Of a stretch of 64,000 bases of DNA, positions 59,638 through 64,000 are shown one piece after another (position 1 is the stretch's first letter; every line of letters starts with the position of its first letter). A model generated the notes under the pieces. The model was given only the letters and a program-made list of their open reading frames with translations, did not search any database and was not told the DNA's origin. Source of the stretch: a virus. Lineage: Duplodnaviria; Caudoviricetes. The translations under genes and the position numbers were made by a program. The stretch is taken from IMG/VR virus record IMGVR_UViG_3300033463_000010, positions 1-64,000 of that record; one strand, given 5' to 3'.

Positions 59638-60675
59638 ATGTTTAACTGCTCTATGCAAAAGAAGAAAGAAAGCCTTGCCAAGCAAAATGAATACAAGCGT
59701 GGCGAACTTGATTTTAGGGGTGGCTTTGACTTTAACGGTAAGCCGAAGAAGTCCGTTATTTCCAAGATTAGCAAAGCCCTTGATAAAGCGGGCATTTCCG
59801 CAGTCGTGGACCCGTCGGGGGAACGCTTGGAAGTTCCCTTTGGCGATGATGCTGTGTATATGACGGCTATGAGCCAAAGTTATGGTTCTAGCAAGTGCAG
59901 TTATGTCAATGTTCGCCAAAAGAGCGACCGTAGCACTGACGTGGGTGTTTATAACGTTGGGGATGCCGTGAGTGTCGTGCAGGAAATTACACAGGGGCTA
60001 GACGCTCCCAATGAATCCAAGAAATCCGAATCCGCAGCAGGTCGTTCGTTCTATGACGAATTTATTGCCGAACGTGCCCGTGATATTCTTGAAGAATACG
60101 ACGTGAACGAAGCCCAGGGCGGTATGTGCGATTATTGGTATAACATTGGCGACGGTGTTGAAGATATGGAGCGTGACGACCGCAGTGGCTTTTTCTCTTA
60201 TAACGATGGTGGTGTTCAAAAGACTTGGATGACTACCCCGTTTATGCTTGCGGGCGGTGGCTACCTTGACCCGAAGACGAAACCCGAATATGACCGCCTC
60301 CGTAAGAACTGCGAAGACGACTATCGTGAAGAATGCGAAAAGAATGGGGTTGAGTGCGATTTCAGTTCCGAAGAATACTATGAATTTGAAGACACCTGGT
60401 CCCAGGAAGGTCTTGAAATTTTCGCTTATGCGGAAATTATGCTTTATAGCCGTAATTCCGACCGTGACGAATATACGCTTATTGCCCGTATCAGCCGTAG
60501 TTTTGACTATACCTACGGACGTAACCCGCAGGACGATTTGAACATTGAAATGGATTTGACTTCGGAACAATTCACGAAGGAAAACGCAGACAAGTTCTTC
60601 GCTGCTGTTGAAGAAGCATTCGCCAACTATTCGTTTGACGATGGCGACAAGGAAATTAACGTTAAGGCAGATTAA
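59638..60675 (+). CDS. Two-domain protein with CSMQKKKESL leader and NESKKSES linker
   Basis: Motifs read from the translation. Confidence 0.7.
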   Translation: MFNCSMQKKKESLAKQNEYKRGELDFRGGFDFNGKPKKSVISKISKALDKAGISAVVDPSGERLEVPFGDDAVYMTAMSQSYGSSKCSYVNVRQKSDRSTDVGVYNVGDAVSVVQEITQGLDAPNESKKSESAAGRSFYDEFIAERARDILEEYDVNEAQGGMCDYWYNIGDGVEDMERDDRSGFFSYNDGGVQKTWMTTPFMLAGGGYLDPKTKPEYDRLRKNCEDDYREECEKNGVECDFSSEEYYEFEDTWSQEGLEIFAYAEIMLYSRNSDRDEYTLIARISRSFDYTYGRNPQDDLNIEMDLTSEQFTKENADKFFAAVEEAFANYSFDDGDKEINVKAD

Positions 60676-60699
60676 GTCTGCAAAGGAAAAGGTAAATCT

Positions 60700-61473
60700 A
60701 TGGCATACAAATGCTCTATGCAGAAGAAAAAGGAAAGCCTTAACACGAAGGCTGAATCCGCTAACTCCAACTATTATTTCAGTATATGGACTGAAAATTA
60801 TCCCAAAAATGGCAAAGAACCCACACGTTATATTAACGTGTATGAGCCTTCGTCTTGTAAGGGTTGGTATGACGTTACAAAGGAATATGACGACGCTTAC
60901 GAAGAAGAAATGGAACTCCGTAATGGTAATGTAAATTACACCTATATCGCCAAGAAAGTTATTGATAAAATTATTTCGGGTGCCATTAAGCCTTGTGATG
61001 ACCCGTATGACACTATCCCTAACTTTTCTAGGTGGTTCAAGGAATATCCGTTTAACATAAGTGAACACACCCAGGATTTCCTGGACGGGAAGTATGGTTC
61101 TCGCAGCGAATCCAAGAAGCACACTTGTTCTATGCAGAAGAAAAAAGAAAGTCTTGCTGCGAAGAAGTCCAAGAAGTGCGAAGGCTTTATGGATGACCTG
61201 CCGTATGACGCACCCGTAGCCATTGAAACCCTGTGTTCCGAAATTATGAGCCACACCGAAGAATTTACCATTGAAGACGCAGCCGTGGCTGAAATGTGCG
61301 GTAAGTGGTATATTCGTGATTACGCAAATGGTTCTACCGCAGCACAGAACGAAGACGAATTTGTTGACGAAATCCTTGCAGGTCTTTCGGGCAGTCCTTT
61401 GGACGGCTCCCCGTTCGGTGCAGCCGAAGCCGAAGAATACGCCAGGAAGATTTACAACGAAGTCGTTGCTTAA
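60700..61473 (+). CDS. Two-domain protein with two CSMQKKKESL motifs
   Basis: N-terminal and internal copies. Confidence 0.7.
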   Translation: MAYKCSMQKKKESLNTKAESANSNYYFSIWTENYPKNGKEPTRYINVYEPSSCKGWYDVTKEYDDAYEEEMELRNGNVNYTYIAKKVIDKIISGAIKPCDDPYDTIPNFSRWFKEYPFNISEHTQDFLDGKYGSRSESKKHTCSMQKKKESLAAKKSKKCEGFMDDLPYDAPVAIETLCSEIMSHTEEFTIEDAAVAEMCGKWYIRDYANGSTAAQNEDEFVDEILAGLSGSPLDGSPFGAAEAEEYARKIYNEVVA

Positions 61474-61497
61474 AGAAATCCTACGACAAAATCATCA

Positions 61498-61527
61498 AGG
61501 TGCCCCGATTGTTCGGGGCACTTTTTG
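61498..61527 (+). terminator. Intrinsic terminator
   Basis: aggtgccccga-ttgt-tcggggcactttt. Confidence 0.8.
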
Positions 61528-61822
61528 TATGCCCATTTTCTTTCGTATAAATTAAATATAATAGATTACCTAATTTATATAACAAATTACCTACAACTTA
61601 TAACTAGGTAATTTGTTATATTTGACATTTTTTGACATTTTATTCAAAACTTTTTCAAAATCGCACAAAAATTTTATTATATTCTGTTGTCAAAGGGAGG
61701 GCAATTTCCCTGCCAATACTTGTCGGCAATTCTTATTACTGACAAATTCCCTTGTAGGAGGGTGGCTTTCGTAGAGCCATCTCTAACTAACAAAAAACAA
61801 CCCTATCAAGGAGAGCATTATT

Positions 61823-62320
61823 ATGCTTAAATTCCGCAAGAAACTCCGTGAAGAAGACAGCATCGTGGAAGTTGGCGACGTTAAGTTGGATGCCAAGGAA
61901 ACCGAAGTTGTTTTCGCTGACGAAGAAAAGGACATCCAGGTTGTCGTTTCCCCCGACCCCGAAAACGAAAACTCTGTGACCGTCGCAGTTCTTACTAACT
62001 CCAAGGAAGACGTGGAAGAAGAAGAAGTTCTTGGTTCTGCTTCCGTTGAAGGTAGTGAAGATAAAGGTGCTGAAGAATCCCGCAAGGCTGCTCGTCGTGA
62101 GGCATTCCGTAAGCGTCTTGAAGCCCGTCGTTCTGCAAAGAAGCAGACCGCACCCGCCCGCAACGAGGCTCGTGCCGAAGCGTTCCGCAAGCGACTTGAA
62201 GCCCGTCGTGCTGCAAAGAAAGCAGAAGCCAAAACTTCTACTTCCACTGCCGAAGCCCGTAAGAAGGCAATCGGTGAAGCACGTGCGAAGTTCCGTTCCA
62301 AAATTGGCAAGAAAGCCTAA
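61823..62320 (+). CDS. Prohead scaffold/core protein
   Basis: Acidic N-half, duplicated EAFRKRLEARR; directly upstream of the MCP. Confidence 0.6.
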   Translation: MLKFRKKLREEDSIVEVGDVKLDAKETEVVFADEEKDIQVVVSPDPENENSVTVAVLTNSKEDVEEEEVLGSASVEGSEDKGAEESRKAARREAFRKRLEARRSAKKQTAPARNEARAEAFRKRLEARRAAKKAEAKTSTSTAEARKKAIGEARAKFRSKIGKKA

Positions 62321-62338
62321 CCCAAAGGAGAAGACATT

Positions 62339-63988
62339 ATGAAGACTTCCGTTGAAGAAATGTCTAATCAGAAATACAACCGCCTCGTAGAATCCTACGA
62401 AGCCCGCTATGGCAAGCAGTTTGAAGCCCTTGCCAAGTCCCCGTCGTTCAAGGGCACCTTGTCCAAGAACGCTATGTTCAACCTTGGTCAGCAGATGGAC
62501 AACTACAAGCGTTACGAAAGTTTCGTGAACGAAAATTCCTCGGCTTCTAGCCTTGGTGTGTTGCCCCGTGTTGCTCTTGACCTTATTTCTGCTACCTACG
62601 CACTTTCTATTGCTCCGCAGTTGGCAAGTGTGCAGACGCTTGAAGAATCCCAGGGTCTTATCTACTTCAAGAAGACCTTTACCCACGGCTATCCGCTGAC
62701 TGCCCAGGAAGGACTTCCGTCCCTGCCCGAAGACAGGTGGATGGGTGCCGACGGTAAGTTTGAAGGCGACAAGACTTTCGCAGGTGCCTGGAAGAAGTGG
62801 CTTGACACCCGTGGTCGTCCCGTTGCAGGTCCCGACACCGAACTGACTGCCGAACAACTCGCAGCCAAGAACTTTGACGCTATCACTTTCAACGCCCTCA
62901 AGGGTTGGCAGGCTTCCCCGACGCAGTATATGAGCGAACGTCAGTTTGCTATCGCTGCCGACGGTTCCGCTACCATTAAGTATGGCGTGGGCAACCTCCG
63001 TTGGAACACCCCGATTAACGTCCGTCTTGTTGACAAGAACGGCAACGTTGAAGACGTGGTTGGTGTTTGCGGTGGTCCTGGTCAGTTGCCGACTTTCTAT
63101 GGTAAGGTTTCCGTGACCGCTGCTGCTGTTGGTCCCGACCTTGTTCTTACCATTCCGACGGGCTACCAGGGTGGCGTGACTTATGACGTTGACTTTGAAA
63201 AGGCTCCCGACGTTCCTGCTATTGAATACGCTCTTGACAACAAGGTTGTCAGTGCCGAAATCATTGGCTTGAAGGAAATGATGGGCACGTTCAAGTCTTT
63301 CCAATTCAACAAGCGTTTTGGTAAGGCTGCGTCCGACGAAGTTCTTGCTGACCTTACGGGTCATATGGCTATGGCTGAATCCGAAAAGATTCTTGCTGCC
63401 TATGTCCGTTGTGCTAACAAGTGGAAGCCGATTACCTGGAATCTCAACAAGACCGCAGGTATCAGCGAATTTGAACACCGTCAGTCTTTCCTGTATGCTA
63501 TCCAGGCTGCTTCTGCTGCTATCGGTAGCCGTGCAGGTAAGGGTCACGCTAACAAGATTGTTGCGGGCTACGTCGCTTGTCAGTATATTGCGTCCCTCCC
63601 TGGTTTCCGTCTTGCTCCGCAGACCAACCTTGTGGGTCCGCACGTGTATGGCACTCTTGAAAACGAAGGTATCACGGTTATCCGTTCCAACACCATCGTT
63701 GCCCCGAACGAAGTTATCTGTGCTTACAGCAGCGATAACAGCCCGTTTGAAGCACCTGTTGTGTGTGCAACGTATATGCCTGTGTTCCTCACCGACACTA
63801 TGCCTGTTGCCGACAACCCGTTCCAAACGCAGCGAGCAATCGCTTCTTGGAAGGCTATTGAACCTGTGGTTGCCGAATTTGTGCAGCGTATCGTCATCAC
63901 AAATGATGCCGAAGCACCTGCCGACGTGAACGTGTTCCTTACTACCACCCCGAACGGTGGCAGCGGTAGCGGTTCTAGCAACGGCTAA
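62339..63988 (+). CDS. Major capsid protein (T4 gp23-like)
   Basis: LASVQTL..GLIYF, KVVSAE..L, A..IGSRAGKG.AN.IV, ATYMP; 549 aa. Confidence 0.9.
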   Translation: MKTSVEEMSNQKYNRLVESYEARYGKQFEALAKSPSFKGTLSKNAMFNLGQQMDNYKRYESFVNENSSASSLGVLPRVALDLISATYALSIAPQLASVQTLEESQGLIYFKKTFTHGYPLTAQEGLPSLPEDRWMGADGKFEGDKTFAGAWKKWLDTRGRPVAGPDTELTAEQLAAKNFDAITFNALKGWQASPTQYMSERQFAIAADGSATIKYGVGNLRWNTPINVRLVDKNGNVEDVVGVCGGPGQLPTFYGKVSVTAAAVGPDLVLTIPTGYQGGVTYDVDFEKAPDVPAIEYALDNKVVSAEIIGLKEMMGTFKSFQFNKRFGKAASDEVLADLTGHMAMAESEKILAAYVRCANKWKPITWNLNKTAGISEFEHRQSFLYAIQAASAAIGSRAGKGHANKIVAGYVACQYIASLPGFRLAPQTNLVGPHVYGTLENEGITVIRSNTIVAPNEVICAYSSDNSPFEAPVVCATYMPVFLTDTMPVADNPFQTQRAIASWKAIEPVVAEFVQRIVITNDAEAPADVNVFLTTTPNGGSGSGSSNG

Positions 63989-64000
63989 TTGCTTAACTCC

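Noticed and set aside
61787-63826. Long minus-strand ORFs (also 56673-58262, 59998-61254 and 4771-5655)
   Set aside because: Antisense shadows of strongly codon-biased plus-strand genes; no motifs or RBS
1-64000. Stop-codon reassignment
   Set aside because: Core genes are full length under the standard code; TAA, TAG and TGA all act as stops

Overview
A 64-kb segment of a large T4-like tailed bacteriophage (probably a myovirus), almost all on the + strand. Virion genes: terminase large subunit, portal, gp21-type prohead protease, scaffold, gp23-type major capsid protein, baseplate and tail fibres. Also present: a lysis cluster, ThyX, exonucleases, RuvC, a Tad1 anti-Thoeris protein, Stealth and GT2 sugar enzymes, three IS200/IS605-type tnpB genes and a NUMOD3/HNH endonuclease. 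The host may be Fibrobacter-like (inferred only from Ser-rich lipoproteins). The tail-fibre region holds a complete diversity-generating retroelement (target VR, hairpin, avd, TR, RT) with 25 TR/VR mismatches, all at TR adenines. Less expected: (1) about ten unrelated ORFs share short N-terminal leaders (M-x-[LM]-[KRN]-I-x-[VIMP]-[HQ]-E, or CSMQKKKESL), and several modular proteins have ESK(K/Q)SE linkers, suggesting a capsid-targeted, protease-released cargo system; (2) a motif-degenerate, nuclease-less second terminase ATPase domain next to Tad1, possibly an immune decoy; (3) an unannotated ~135-nt RNA whose loops are antisense to start codons and the phage RBS; (4) kissing-loop or pseudoknot leaders on tnpB genes and another gene; (5) strong avoidance of 4-bp palindromes, broken mainly inside the DGR variable region. 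All calls are by eye from sequence and the ORF track; no searches were run.
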